From Tubulanus polymorphus (Eukaryota; Animalia; Nemertea): a stretch of 64,000 bases of DNA. The translations under genes were made by a program, and so were the position numbers. Below, in pieces: positions 47,188 to 59,900 of this stretch (the first letter of the stretch is position 1; each line of letters starts with the position of its first letter). Below the pieces are notes generated by a model that did no database searches, was not told the origin of the DNA, and was given only the letters and a program-made list of their open reading frames with translations. The stretch is from NCBI RefSeq assembly GCF_964204645.1, contig NC_134030.1, positions 19,738,210 through 19,802,209 on the forward strand, given 5' to 3'.

Positions 47188-50100
47188 ATGTCGGTTGATT
47201 CATCAGCGGGCAGCGCTAGCGCCCCCGGTGGCCAACTGGAGAGATACAAACTGAAGACCAGCGGCGCATCCGGTGCCCGACCGGGGAATTATAGCGAGAA
47301 GTATCAACCGAATATTGGCGGTGGCGCTCCTATCGGCAAAATGCAGAACTATAGAATAAACGGTGGTGGAATCGAGAACTACAAGATGAACAGTGGTGCC
47401 CCTTGTGGTGGAATGGATAACTACAAGTTTAACAGCGGTGCCTCCGATGGTAAAATGGTGAACTACAAGCTCTACGGTGGCGTTCCTGGTGGCAGAATGG
47501 AGAACTATAAGCTGAACGGTGGCGCCCCCGAAGATGAAATCGTTAAGTATAAAACGAACAATATTAGCGACGCCCCTAGAGGCGGCCCAGAGAACTATCG
47601 ATTGAACAACAGCGGCGCCCGTGGTGGCGGACCGGAGAACAACAGGACGTATCAATCGATGTTGAATGATATGAGAGCGAGGGAGGACGGCTATGACTCT
47701 GATCGCGGTAATCAGAAAACGACGATGAAAAAGCCTTCCATCAAGAAAGAACAATACAGATCAAGCACCTCCGAGGTAGGCAACACGTTTTTATATCAGG
47801 GTTCCTCGATTCATTAACCCTTTCAGTGCTGACTAATCAATACCCTATAGTGCTGGAGATAATTTGAAAATTCTAAAAAATTCCACCCTAGTGTGTTGAA
47901 CAACGGGAATACCACTATAGTGCGTCTACACTGCGGTGCGATGTATCGTTAGTTTCTAGGATTTCACTATGTTTGACATGTGCTGCAATTTTTCAAGAGA
48001 GATAATTACTAATTTGCATAATACACCACAGTGCAGTGTACTAGCAAAATCGATCACTGATTTATACACCGCACTGAAAGGGTTAAAAAACTCAACAGAA
48101 AATTATTCATAAAGTGCCTGAAACTCTTGACTTTTAAAATTCTTATAAGCAATACGAAATTGGTGTCTAGTCTATAGTTGTACACAGTAGACTATACCTA
48201 AATTGGTTCATTTACAACCTCCAGGATTTCTTCTATACAAAATAGGTGGTTTTTTGAATCAGAAACCAACTACAGGTAGTGTAAAGGATAAAGACTTTGC
48301 TTACAAAGTATCCATGCTCTTGTGCGATTAAAAATGGCTGCCTTTTAAGATGGCCCCCTACAACATCCTTATTTCATTTATTTTACTGAATTGCCAAAGT
48401 TTTCGCCTAGATTAACTATATTTCACTGAGGTCCTTTGAAGACCATTATCGCCGCCTGGCAGCTATATTGATTCCAATTTTTTTCTCAGGATATATTTCG
48501 TTCGCGCGTCAACACGCCATCTCCGCCGACGACCGACGACGCGGGCGATGATCTGTGCGATTTCATGGCGCCGCTGTCTCCGACGGCGTTTCTCGGCTCC
48601 GACGAACGTCTGCAAAACGACCTCCTGGAGGAGATCTGCTCCGACATCGGCATCAAAGACACGATGGACCTCGACTTGTACGACGTGTCGCGCGACACCG
48701 TACTGCCAAGCGACGACCCCGTTTACGGACACGGCGACTTCCAGCCGTTCAACGCCGCCGACTACAACCAGCAGACGGACGCGAGCGGCGCCCCCTACGG
48801 CGGAACGAAGGACGACGACGAATATTTCCGCGCTCCAGAAGAAGTCTTTCGAGGCGTGGCGACCGATTACGAGATCTACGGTTCAAATCGTCGTTACGAA
48901 ACCGGTCTCGACAAGAACGCGAAAACGGGGCAACAATCGCAGCAGCAGTTGCCCGGCAACGGGTACCGAGCCCCGGAGTCACCGGGCCCGTTACAAAACG
49001 ATGGTTACGTTGCGGATCAGTTCGCAAATGGTTTCGCAAATTTCAAACCGGTTTGCGCCTCGCCTCGTCGACAGTTGTATCCGGGTTCGACGAATAACAG
49101 CCAGTACGGGCAGCAGACGACTAAATGTTTCTCGCACCCAGCAGCAGAGGGCGCCGCGAGAAAATTCGACGGTAACTTTCACAATTTACGGGTGCCGTCT
49201 CCGTCGTCGGCCGCGGTGGCGCCGTCGAATAAGTCGCCGAAACACGTGACGTTTTCGCAGGATTACGAAAAAGGCGACGAAAAACCGTACGATTCGGGGA
49301 AACCCGCGGCAGCGTCGTCGACGACGACGGATAGTTTGCAACAATTGGAATCGTTGACGGCGCGTATTTCGGCGGCGGACGATCGGTCGAAGAGTCCGTC
49401 GACGAGGCTCGCCGATAAATTCTCGCCAGCGCCGAGTCCGTTAGCTTTACCCGAAAACGGAGCGTCCGTGTCGAGTCCGTCGACGTCGGATCAGGAAAAC
49501 CGGCCTCCGTCCGTTTCGATCATCGAACCGCCCTGTCGCGACGAGAAACAGACGGTGGCGCCACCGTCTGCGTCGTCGTCGGGTGGCGGCTGGAATCCGT
49601 TACATTCGATCAAACTCGAGCCGATCGAAAATATACAGAACTCGGTGAAAGCCTCGATGCATCGGTCGATGAGTAATCAGCATCATCGACAAAACTCGGC
49701 TGCAGCTGCCGCGTCAAATATCAACAACAATGGTTTTGATAACACACAGGATGGATTTATTAATCCGGGTACGCAGTTTAGCGCTAACCCGTCGTGCGCG
49801 CAGTTTAATGGTACGCCGCAACAGTTCACGTTTCGAGTCCCGCAGCACGCGGAGTTCGCGTCGCCGCAACACGCGACTGTCAATCGCGTTCCGAAACTCG
49901 AAACGAACGCGCTGTCGTCTTGTAGTTTCGGACAGCAGGGTCGTTTCGTCGGACAGCAGCACCACGGGGCGTCGCAGTTCACGCAGTCGTACGCGGCAGC
50001 ACCGCCGGTGTGCGACGACTGGCAGGGTATGCGCGATTACAACCCGAAAATACGCAAAGCCGGCGCGTCTGAGTCGAGCAGTCCGGTGAAACAGCACCCG

Positions 50101-53100
50101 AAAAAACAGGTGTGCCGTCGGCCCGGGTACGAGGGGGGATATCAGCAGCCGCACGCGGCGTATTTGAATAGCAACGCAGACGGCTGCGCGGACAGCACGC
50201 GTAACTACGGTACCTCCGCGCGCGGTTCACCGGAACCGTGGAAACAAATGTACAATCACACGAACGTGATGGACGCGCAGAAACTGCAATGGCGTTCGAC
50301 CAATCAGCAGCGAGCGGCTGATAGTTACACGGGATATCCGATGGGTCACTCGTTCCAACAACAACAGCATCGGTATCAACCGCCGGTTCCGACCGGTTAC
50401 GATTGTCCCGACGCTGCCGTGGCGGGCGGCGCCGGTTTCAACAATGGCAGCTGTCACGCGTCTGCTCGTCAGTCGTCGTACGCTCGGCAACCGGCGACGC
50501 CGATGATTTACAACCCGGGCGCGAACGCGTTCCAACCGGTCGAACCGGTTTACGGCGTTAAACCGGGCGGATTCACAACCAGCACGCCGCAGATGAATCG
50601 AATCCGACCGCAGATATATCCTCAGAATCATCAGCAGCAGATGCAGCATCAACAACAGATGCAGCAGGCGTCGCTGGATTTCAATCAGAATCAAACTCAA
50701 ACTGACGAATTCAAAGCAAATGTGAACAATTCGACGAAAACGTTCGACGGCGCGCCCTATTGCGCCGATCAGTCGCTAACGCGTAGCAGCATACCGGATA
50801 TGACGACGTCGACCGGCGGCGCCACCTACGGCTCTGCGGCAGACGCGTCGGCGTTCCCGATACCGGCCGGCGGTATGACGCCGCAGCAGACGATGCTGCA
50901 CCAGCTCGTTACGTCCGATCGTTCGAAGGCGTTCCGTTCGCACCCGTTGTTCCCGTTGCTGCGCGATTTGATCATCGCCGACATGAACTTCAACACGCCG
51001 TCGTTCCCCGTGCGTTTGATACTGAATTTGCCGTCGGATTTCAATCGTCTGCTGCAGAACTTCCTGCAACGCAACAAACCGGTGTCGAACCCGTGCAGCG
51101 ACGCCGTCGAGGGCGTCATACTCGACGCGTTGAAGTTCGCTCATCAATCGCTCATGGGTAAGTTAGATTTTGTAACGGTGATAATAACAAATATAGCTGC
51201 AAAGCAGCGATAACGGGTTTTTTTGCTCCTTTCACATCGCGATCAGAGGGAAAAGTTGGAAATCTGGAAAATTCAGGGATTCGGAAAAATCGGGGGGAAA
51301 ACTGAATTTAACAAATTCAAACAAAAAATCTCGGAAAAACAATTGACAACACATTTTTTTTTTTTCAATCTACGCAATTCATGAAAAATAAATTTATTAC
51401 AACCACAAAATTCCTAAGGGGAATTATTTCGTTACAACACGGAAAAATCAGGGAGTTTTTAAATGACCACTTTGTCATAGATATTCAGGGAACATCACAG
51501 CTATTATTTTATAGGATATATGAACACTTGTTGGTTCGATAAATAATAATCGGGCCAGTTGCTCAAAAGTTGGTTACAGTTAACCAGTGGATAGTTGACA
51601 TAGTGACAATTGAAATATCATATGTTGCTATGGTATTTATCCGCCGGTTATCTTTAACCAACTTTTGAGCAACTGGCCCCAGGAGAATAACAATAGTGTT
51701 TCAGCAAAGTAGCAGAAAGCCCGAATGATATTTATTTCATCAGTTACTGAAATACATGATGTGTGTACGATAGTTATCTGTATTACTTGTTATTTTTCCT
51801 GACACAGAGAAAATTCAATCGAAGAAGAAAGAACTGGACGACCAGCCGGGACCGAAACCGACGAGCGTCATTGAAGATTTCTGCGAACGATTTGACCGCG
51901 CTGTCAGAAATTCCTTACAACAGGTTTGTATATATATATATATATATCATCCACTGTAGTTCCATAGAGCAATGGAAATGTGGTCCTTGATTCTTAAAAA
52001 CAATTCAAAACGGAATACGATTTTCAAGGTGCTTGAGTCTCCTTAAGTTTGAGCGAAATGCCCAAAACTCCTTTGAAACTGCTTAGGGGTCATTCATTTA
52101 TTACGTACGCATAGAATTTGAATTTTTCAACCCCCATCCCCCTCTGTACGCAAAGTCGGCCATTTATTCATATACATTAAGCATTACAGTACGCAATTGC
52201 ACTGACCCCTCCCCCTCCCCTAATGCGTACGTAATAAATGAATGACCCCTTAATTTTGAGAAATAGGCCTAGCTTTTAACAGGTCAGCCATTTACCTGGA
52301 TATCAGGAAAAAAGTCGGGGGATTTGCTTTTCTTCTAAGATGTCAGGGAATAATAAAAGGGAAATGGGAATCTGGAATTAAGTGATTACAGTTTCCGTCT
52401 ATGTCTTAGGTTTTTCACTGTTAAGTGTTTGGATTCTTAGCAGATCAAGTCATGGAAAACAACATGCATGTCAGGGGATAGCCAGGGAAAAAGCTAGTCA
52501 TACAAAAGCGGCCACCACCCTGTTTAAGCAAAGATTTGGCCAGGCATTTAGGGAAAGTATTTCGGGTCATATAGTAAACGGTTGTTTTCATTATTTTTCT
52601 AGCCCGATGCGGGAGGACCGATGACATCATCGCCATCGTGTGGAATGCAGAATAACAATTTCAGGTCGGCGTCGGCGGGAGGATTGTTGAAGAGGTTTGA
52701 GGCGCCAGGCGGCGACGCGGCCAGCGTTAAGAGTAGAGATAGTTCGAGCACCGCGACCACATCCGGTCGCAAACACGCCGTACTGCCTAAAGAGGTAAAT
52801 AAATATAATTGATTGTCGGATAACTAAATCCTGCACTAACTGACAATCGAGGATAACACTTATGGCAAGTGAGGATCCACCAGGTGTAGCTAGTGTGCTG
52901 TAGGATATCAACTACTGCGGCCATAGTGTTTTCACTTGTGACAAGTGAGGATCCACCAGGTGTCACTAGTGCGCATTAGGCCATCAACTACTGCAGCAAT
53001 AGAGGATTCCACTTGTGGCAAGTGAGGATCCACCAGGTGTCACTATTGCGGAGTAGGACATCAACTACTGCAGCAATTGAGGATTCCACTTTTTACAAGT

Positions 53101-54093
53101 CATTGAGGATCCACCAGGTGTCGTATGTGTGCAGTAGGACATCAATACTACGGCAATATTGTTTTCACTTGTGACAAGTGAGGATCCACCAGGTGTCGCT
53201 AGTGTGCAGTAGGCCATCAACTACTGTGGCAATAGAGGATTCCACCTGTGACAAGTGAAAATGCACCAGATGTCGCTAGTAGTTATTCAGTCTTCCGCTA
53301 TTCAGTGCCTTCTAGGATTTCAATTAGAATTGTATCAACTATATTTTGAGTGAATTAACAAATTTCGAGTAGAAAAGTGAAACATTTTGATGATACTTGG
53401 ATTTTGGGAGACTTTAAAGTCGTAAATGGGAAATGAATCTCGATATCATTACGGTGGGGCTGATTGTGTTTCATGTTTCGTTTGTAGGCGGTTCAGATAA
53501 TGTTGCAGTGGTTGAAGGAACACCGCGTGAATCCGTATCCGAACGACGACGAGAAGGAAATGTTGATTCATCGCACGAAGTTGACCATATCGCAAATCAA
53601 CTACTGGTTCACGAACGCGCGTCGACGAATACTGCCGAAATGGGCGGCGATGGAAAATCAAGGAGTTGACCCGATTATGGCCAGGTACGACCCAGTTACT
53701 CATTCGTGCGGGTTTAATTTGACTGAATCCAGTTTCACTGTTGTGTGGGTTTAATTTGATTCTGGATCCAGTTTTACAGTTTTGTGGGATTAATTTGAAC
53801 TCTGTATCCAGTTCCACAGTTGTGTGGGTTTAATTTGAACTCTGTATCCAGTTCCACAGTTGTGTGGGTTTAATTTGAACTCTGTATCCAGTTCCACAGT
53901 TGTGTGGGTTTAATTTGAACTCTGTATCCAGCTCCACAGTTGTGTGGGTTTAATTTGAACTCTGTATCCAGTTCCACACTTGTGTGGGTTTAATTTGAAC
54001 TCTGTATCCAGTTCCACAGTTGTGTGGGTTTAATTTGATAGTGAACCCTGTGCCACAGTTGATTTGACACGTTTATTTCTGTGTTGTAGATGA
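47188..54093 (+). CDS. Divergent TALE-class homeodomain transcription factor with MEINOX(MEIS/PKNOX-N)-like domain, ~1254 aa
   Basis: Exons 47188-47775, 48490-51157, 51808-51923, 52603-52794, 53488-53684, 54090-54093; all GT-AG, phases consistent, 3765 nt, with an in-frame stop upstream of ATG 47188. Homeodomain RKHAVLPKE|[52 protein letters not shown] has the TALE PYP loop. [12 protein letters not shown] resembles MEIS box A. AATAAA at ~55586. Confidence 0.9.
47818..48082. mobile_element. piggyBac-like MITE family A
   Basis: TTAA TSD and TIRs as in the other copies. Confidence 0.8.
51552..51680. mobile_element. Short palindromic MITE
   Basis: GGGCCAGTTGCTCAAAAGTTGGTTA...TAACCAACTTTTGAGCAACTGGCCC. 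Degenerate relatives at ~1665-1750 and ~16670-16782. Confidence 0.65.
52086..52249. mobile_element. PIF/Harbinger (Tourist-like) MITE
   Basis: TTA TSD and a perfect ~26-bp TIR GGGGTCATTCATTTATTACGTACGCA. Confidence 0.75.
52850..53285. repeat. ~77-bp minisatellite family F containing CCACCAGGTGTCGCTA
   Basis: Tandem units. The same family occurs at 8690-8900 and 34390-34500. Confidence 0.85.
53690..54060. repeat. Minisatellite family D array filling the last TALE intron
   Basis: 40-bp near-identical units. A further array lies at ~42490-42680. Confidence 0.9.
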
Positions 54094-56669
54094 GAGAGCT
54101 GCTGTTGTTGTTGAGTTATAACTGCTGAACTCTGATGACGTGTGTAAGGTGCTCTGATCAGTCAATTGTGCTAGGATGCGTCTGCTGCTGAGCTCTGCGT
54201 GACCTTCAAAACCAGATCGCAATTGCCAAATTCTATACCATATGCCAAAATACAGTAAGAACGCCCAACTGCTGTGTTAGAATTCTCAAAGGACATATTA
54301 AGCGTTTTGTAAAAATCTTTGTTGTTGGCCGTTTATAAAGACAGTCTTTGTAGGGCGGGCTGAAGATCAATTTTGTGATGCAGTAGGGAGATTGGTGGAG
54401 GGGGCCATCTTTTCCCTGGAATTAATGGGTCGATTAGGTGATGTTACGGAGGGGGTAATGTGAAATTTTGTGATAGATTTTTTGGCGTCTGTGTTGATAT
54501 CCAAGGGACAGCTTTTGAGTCAACAAACTTTTCTCTGATAGAATAACAATTTGACATCTATTTCATAGTGGTTTTAGTGTCGGGATCTTAAAAGGCTGCC
54601 ATCTATTCCCTACGCAGTTCTTAGATCGGTGATGATGTTATATCTAAGGATTCATAAATGCTGTCTATTCTCGAAGTGCCTAGACCAAATTACTAGAGGA
54701 CGATGGTGATGTCATGAGGGGATTTTGAATAGATGAAAATGTCTTCCAATAACGTACCGAATCTGTGATATGTTTGGGCCGGGGGCGGGTCTGGATGGTT
54801 GATTGACGCCTCCTGCATTTCAACGTTTATCATCCTTTTTCGACGGTTGTAATTTTGATACATGAAAATATACAAGATTTTTCTGCTCGCTCTCGTCTAT
54901 ATTGTCGGTTTAGTACCGTTTTGTAAGTTAATTATAAACACAATTTTCTACGTATTTTTGAAAAGCTTTTTTTTTTCGAAAATTTTTATCGCAATCCCGT
55001 ATCACGCAGAGTATATATTGTAAATATGTTTATGTCGTTTTTACAATTTTCAGCGAGTAAAAATAAACTCCGCCTTTCTATGCAAATATCATACAGAAAC
55101 GCCAACTATCGTCGAGATAGCTTATTGTTAAGTTTGCTCCTTTTCGTTGGTACCCAATTCTGATTTTAAAAAGTGCTTGCTTATTACTTTTTCGATATTG
55201 GATTAGCCCCTCCGCTCAGTACAGTACACAAATTTACTTATACGTTTCATTCTACTCCACTTTGAACGGATGTTTTGTAAACCGCCTACTTAGATTTCCC
55301 CAAGGCCTATTCAAGACTCCTCACGCATAATGAAAAAATGCATGAACTTCTTTTTGTATATTGTTAAATAATATTGTTCAATTTTTTGTACAGTTAAAAA
55401 AATCTATTCTAGTCTTTTCTATGCATGCTTAGATATGATGTACATATGTAAATATGGTGTATACATCGAGGTTTTAAACCTGCTTTTTCAAGGTCGTGCG
55501 GTGTATTGATTTTTTCGATACAAGCAGATGCGACTTTTTTGTGTAGATTTTAACCGTTAGAAGTGATCAGTATTGAAGTTATACAATAAACTGAATTTTA
55601 AATGATTTCATGAATTCTTACGCTGTGGTTTTCGTGAAGGTTTTTTGGACCCATTGAAAGGTCTTTTGGTTTCGAAGCAGTCCAGGGTTCAGTTCCACTG
55701 TTTAGAGTCAACTTGAGTTGAAATAAATTCTCAATCTTACCCAGAACCATATCCTACACTTCTTGTTCACCAGCAATATTAAGGCTTGTAATGAGAAAGG
55801 TGCAGAATTTCTGTGAAACCTAATTGACCTCTGATGGTGAATGAGTCTGAATCATTTTAGTTGACTTCGATGTACCGGTACCCAAGCTCCTAGAGGGCTA
55901 TCGTATTCAATGATTATCAACAATTCCCAATTTAATTGGGCACAATGACCCAGTTATTTTCGACAGATTGCCAGTTCAAGGCCTGTTAACCTGTACTGTG
56001 ATTGTCAGAAGTATCTGAAAATGTTTTTTTATTGTCCCCTGATTGTCAGCAACAGTCACTGAAAATAGCTCACTATCTCCTGATTGTCTTAGGAAATGGT
56101 TAAACTCCCCTGATGGTCAACAGCAACAGTTTCTTCTGTCCCCTGTCATGAAAGGTTGCCTCTGAAAATGGTTTCCTGCCTCTGATTGTCAGCAACAGTC
56201 CAAAAAATGGATGACTTTGCCCTGATTGTCAGGAAAAATCCTGAGAACTACAGAATAAAATATATATACTTTTACTACAAAATTAAAATTCAACTTTATT
56301 TCGAAAACCATACCTTTACTTAAGTACATTTATTTTTTGCATAGGTCGTTGAGTACAAGTATTTGTGATATGGCGATAGACTTTAATACTAATTGTATTT
56401 ATACGATTAAGTTTAAAAGTAAACAGTTGAAATAATTTGTAAAATAAAGTTAAGTTAGGCGGCATTAAAAATTTAATGCGAGAATTATGTCTCAGAAAGC
56501 CCTTTCTGCATCCCTAATCACATGTACACGTAATATGCACGAATATCGGGAAAATTATCCAGGATATTCTCATTCCAGTAATCCAGCTATTCCAGTGAGT
56601 ATTCAACAAAGTTGCGGGTAGCCGATGAACCCTCGTGAAACGTAAGACGAAATAGACAACGTCGTTTAA

Positions 56670-56950
56670 CCCTTTCAGTGCGTCTAAACCGCAGTGCGGT
56701 GTATGAATCGGTGATAGATTTTGCTAGTACACTGCACTGCGGTGTATTGATGTAAATAGTAATTATCTCTCTTGAAAAATGGCAGCACCTGTCTAACATA
56801 ATGAAATACTAGTAACTAATGATACACCGCACCGCAGTGTAGACGCACTATAGTGGTATTCCCATTATTCAACACACTAGGGTGGAATTTTTTTAAATTT
56901 TCAAATTATCTCTAGCACTATAGGGTATTGACTACTCGGCACTGAAAGGG
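56670..56950. mobile_element. piggyBac-like MITE family A (opposite orientation), in the NEMP 3' UTR region
   Basis: TTAA TSD and TIRs. Additional degenerate copies at ~6085-6335, ~9438-9640, ~17743-17850, ~21350-21660 and ~57230-57470. Confidence 0.8.
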
Positions 56951-56979
56951 TTAAAATTCGTTCTCGTCATCTACGCGGG

Positions 56980-59900
56980 TCAAGAAGTGTTCAACGTGAA
57001 GTCGACTTCGTCCTCGTTGTCGAGATCGAGGTCGCGCGAGATCTCGCCGTTCATCGCGTCCGAGTCGTACGCCTCGACCTCGTCGCGAGTCACGTGTAAA
57101 TCACCGCTGACAAATTTAGCGAATCTGTGAAAAAAAAAACTTATTAAAAATATGACGAATGAGGCATCTGCTGAATACATTTCAGGCCCCCTTTTCATTG
57201 GCGAGGTAACATTTTTACAGCCTGGCTTTAGCCTTTCAGTGCATCTACAATGTATAAATCGGTGATGGACTTAGCTAGTAAATCGCATCGATGTTATTAT
57301 TAACTAGGTTTTATCTGTAATGAGAGGGCAGCACCTGTCAAACACAAGTTAAATACTAGTAACTAACGATACATCGCACCGCGGTGTAGGCGCGTAGTTA
57401 TTCAACACACTGGAGTGGAACTTTTAAAATTTTCAAATTATCCCTAGCACTTTAGGGTATTACTTAGTCAGGCTGCACAAATCATTGTCAATCTATTAGT
57501 TTTTAAATGATTCCAGACCAGATGATCAAAGTTTCTTGGGAGAGGACGACAAAACCGACCATGAAAGGGTATACTATTGGATTACGTATGTGATGTCATA
57601 GGGGAATTCATGGATCAGCCACCTATTCCGGAAAGAGGCAGTCAATATATTTTACCTGGAAGGTGAATCGAGCCTGCTAACAGTACGCCACGTGTCGCAT
57701 TGCGGACTACGACAATACTGTCGTAACTCTTCGAGCGCTTTCCGCGTCTCCGCGCGACCTTCGAGATAATACTCCTCGCCGGTTAACAAGCGTCGACTCT
57801 TCGGAAATCTCATCGCCCTAAAAAAACAAAACAATGTTCCATTCCAATACGTGTAGATGGTAAGTTGATAATTAAGACCGTGGAATCTCACTGAGGATTA
57901 CCGGTAGATACTCTGGTCTGGGAATGATCTATATGTATCGACAGTATAGGTAAATGTCTGAACGAACCCTCAAGATACTTAATATATTATCCCCAATTTA
58001 TGATCATCCACAGTTTAGTACTTTACCCAACATATCTTTTAAATTGAAAATGAACTACAAACACCAGACATTAAACATTTTATCAGCACACTTTCAAAAA
58101 CTGATCGTCCACACTTCACATGTGTTCAGTGCTTCACCTGAGACATTTCTATTTGAAAATGAACTAATAACACCAGATATTAGACATTTTATCAGCACAC
58201 TTTCAAAAACTGATCGTCCACACTTCACATGTGTTCAGTGATTCACTCGTGACATTTTAATTGAAAATGAACAACAAACACCAGATATTAGACTGATTGT
58301 CTACACTTCACATGTGTTTAGGACCGAGGGATATTTCTTATTGAAAATGAACTAACAATAATTGATCATGTCTAAAAGGGTACAGGGTACAGGCTGCATG
58401 AAATATACGGGAAAAATACGAACCATTTTTGACGTATCCAATTGAAGACTCCGCGAGGCGAATTATAAACTAAGACCGCCGTTACGACCACGCAAACGGC
58501 GACGTGTTTCACTTGTATTCCGTTATAAATCAGAGTCAGCGAGAAAATCTGTACGAACCACATCAGAATCGTCAACGTTCGCTCGTTGTCGATCGGGCCG
58601 CGCCAGTAGAGAAACGCGAAACTGAACACGGCGGCCGAAACGACGTACGTGATCGCGTAGATCAGATAGTTGTCGACGACCCAGCCGAGTCCGTGTATGT
58701 AAATATACATCGGTATCGAGAAAAACGTCGACACGCCTCCGACGTACAGCGCCACCAGTAAACCAACGGATTTCTGTAAGAATGAAGGACAAATAACCAG
58801 TCGTTATTTCGCATATCATTATGTGATCAGGTTAAAATCCCTGCGAAGGAGGAAAGTGGCAGAGTCTGACGATGTCATCAGGTTCAAATCCCAGCAAGGC
58901 AGGAACGTGGCAGAGTTTCGCGATGTCATCAGCTTTAAATCCCAGCGAGGGAGGAACGCAGCAGAGTCTCACGATGTCATCAGGTTTCAAATCCCTGCCA
59001 GGGAGGAACGTGACAGAGTCTCACAATGTCATCAGGTTCAACTCCCTGCGAGGGAGGAATGTGGCAGAGTCTCACGATGTCATCAGGTTCAACTCCCTGT
59101 GAGGGAGGAACGTGGCAGAGTCTCACGATGTCATCAGGTTCAACTCCCTGCGAGGAAGGAATGTGGCAGTCTCACGATGTCATCAGGTTCGAATCCCTGC
59201 CAGGGAGGAACGTGGTTGAGTATCGCAATCTAGGTAACACTGACCTTTGGAATAAAACGACTCATGACGTACAAGAGAATCAATATTGATGCGATTATAC
59301 CGATACCGATACCAGTGCTGTAGTAAAACAACGCGTTCCTGAAAAACACCGAGAAAGTTTTTTAATCCGTGGTTTTTTAACTACAATCATTTTCTAGATG
59401 AATCGTAATTCCGCACAATTTCGATCGACGAACCTTGAAAGTTTCGCCGCGGAGAAAAAGAGCACGAAACCGACGGCGACCATAGCGATAAACATCGGTT
59501 CTAATCCTGCAACACGCAAAATAACATTAACCCTTTACAGCCTTACATCGACAATCATAGCACTGATAGTTCCAGTCAACCCCTGATAAACCCGTTTTAA
59601 CCCATTAGCACTCAGAAATTTTGCCATGTAGTGTATATTACTCCTTCGAAATTTCAAGGGAAATTTATCACAGCTTTTTTCCAGTTGATTGTCATGTTTT
59701 GTCTTTTTTTTAGTTAATAGTCAAGGCTTTTATATATGATATAAGATTTGATAAGTTGGGCCATCAAAATTATGTCCTTATGCCCCCCCGAAATTCATCC
59801 AGACTTACTTGGATATAAGTGAGCGCTCGGATCTGTCGTGTTCCTACCCCAAATACTCAGAAATCCCAAAAAGGAAGATTTTTGATTGCAGTACAGAATA

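Noticed and set aside
48463-51147. Many overlapping alternative-frame and antisense ORFs in the large TALE exon (likewise 33355-34569)
   Set aside because: Expected in GC-rich coding sequence; no recognisable motifs.
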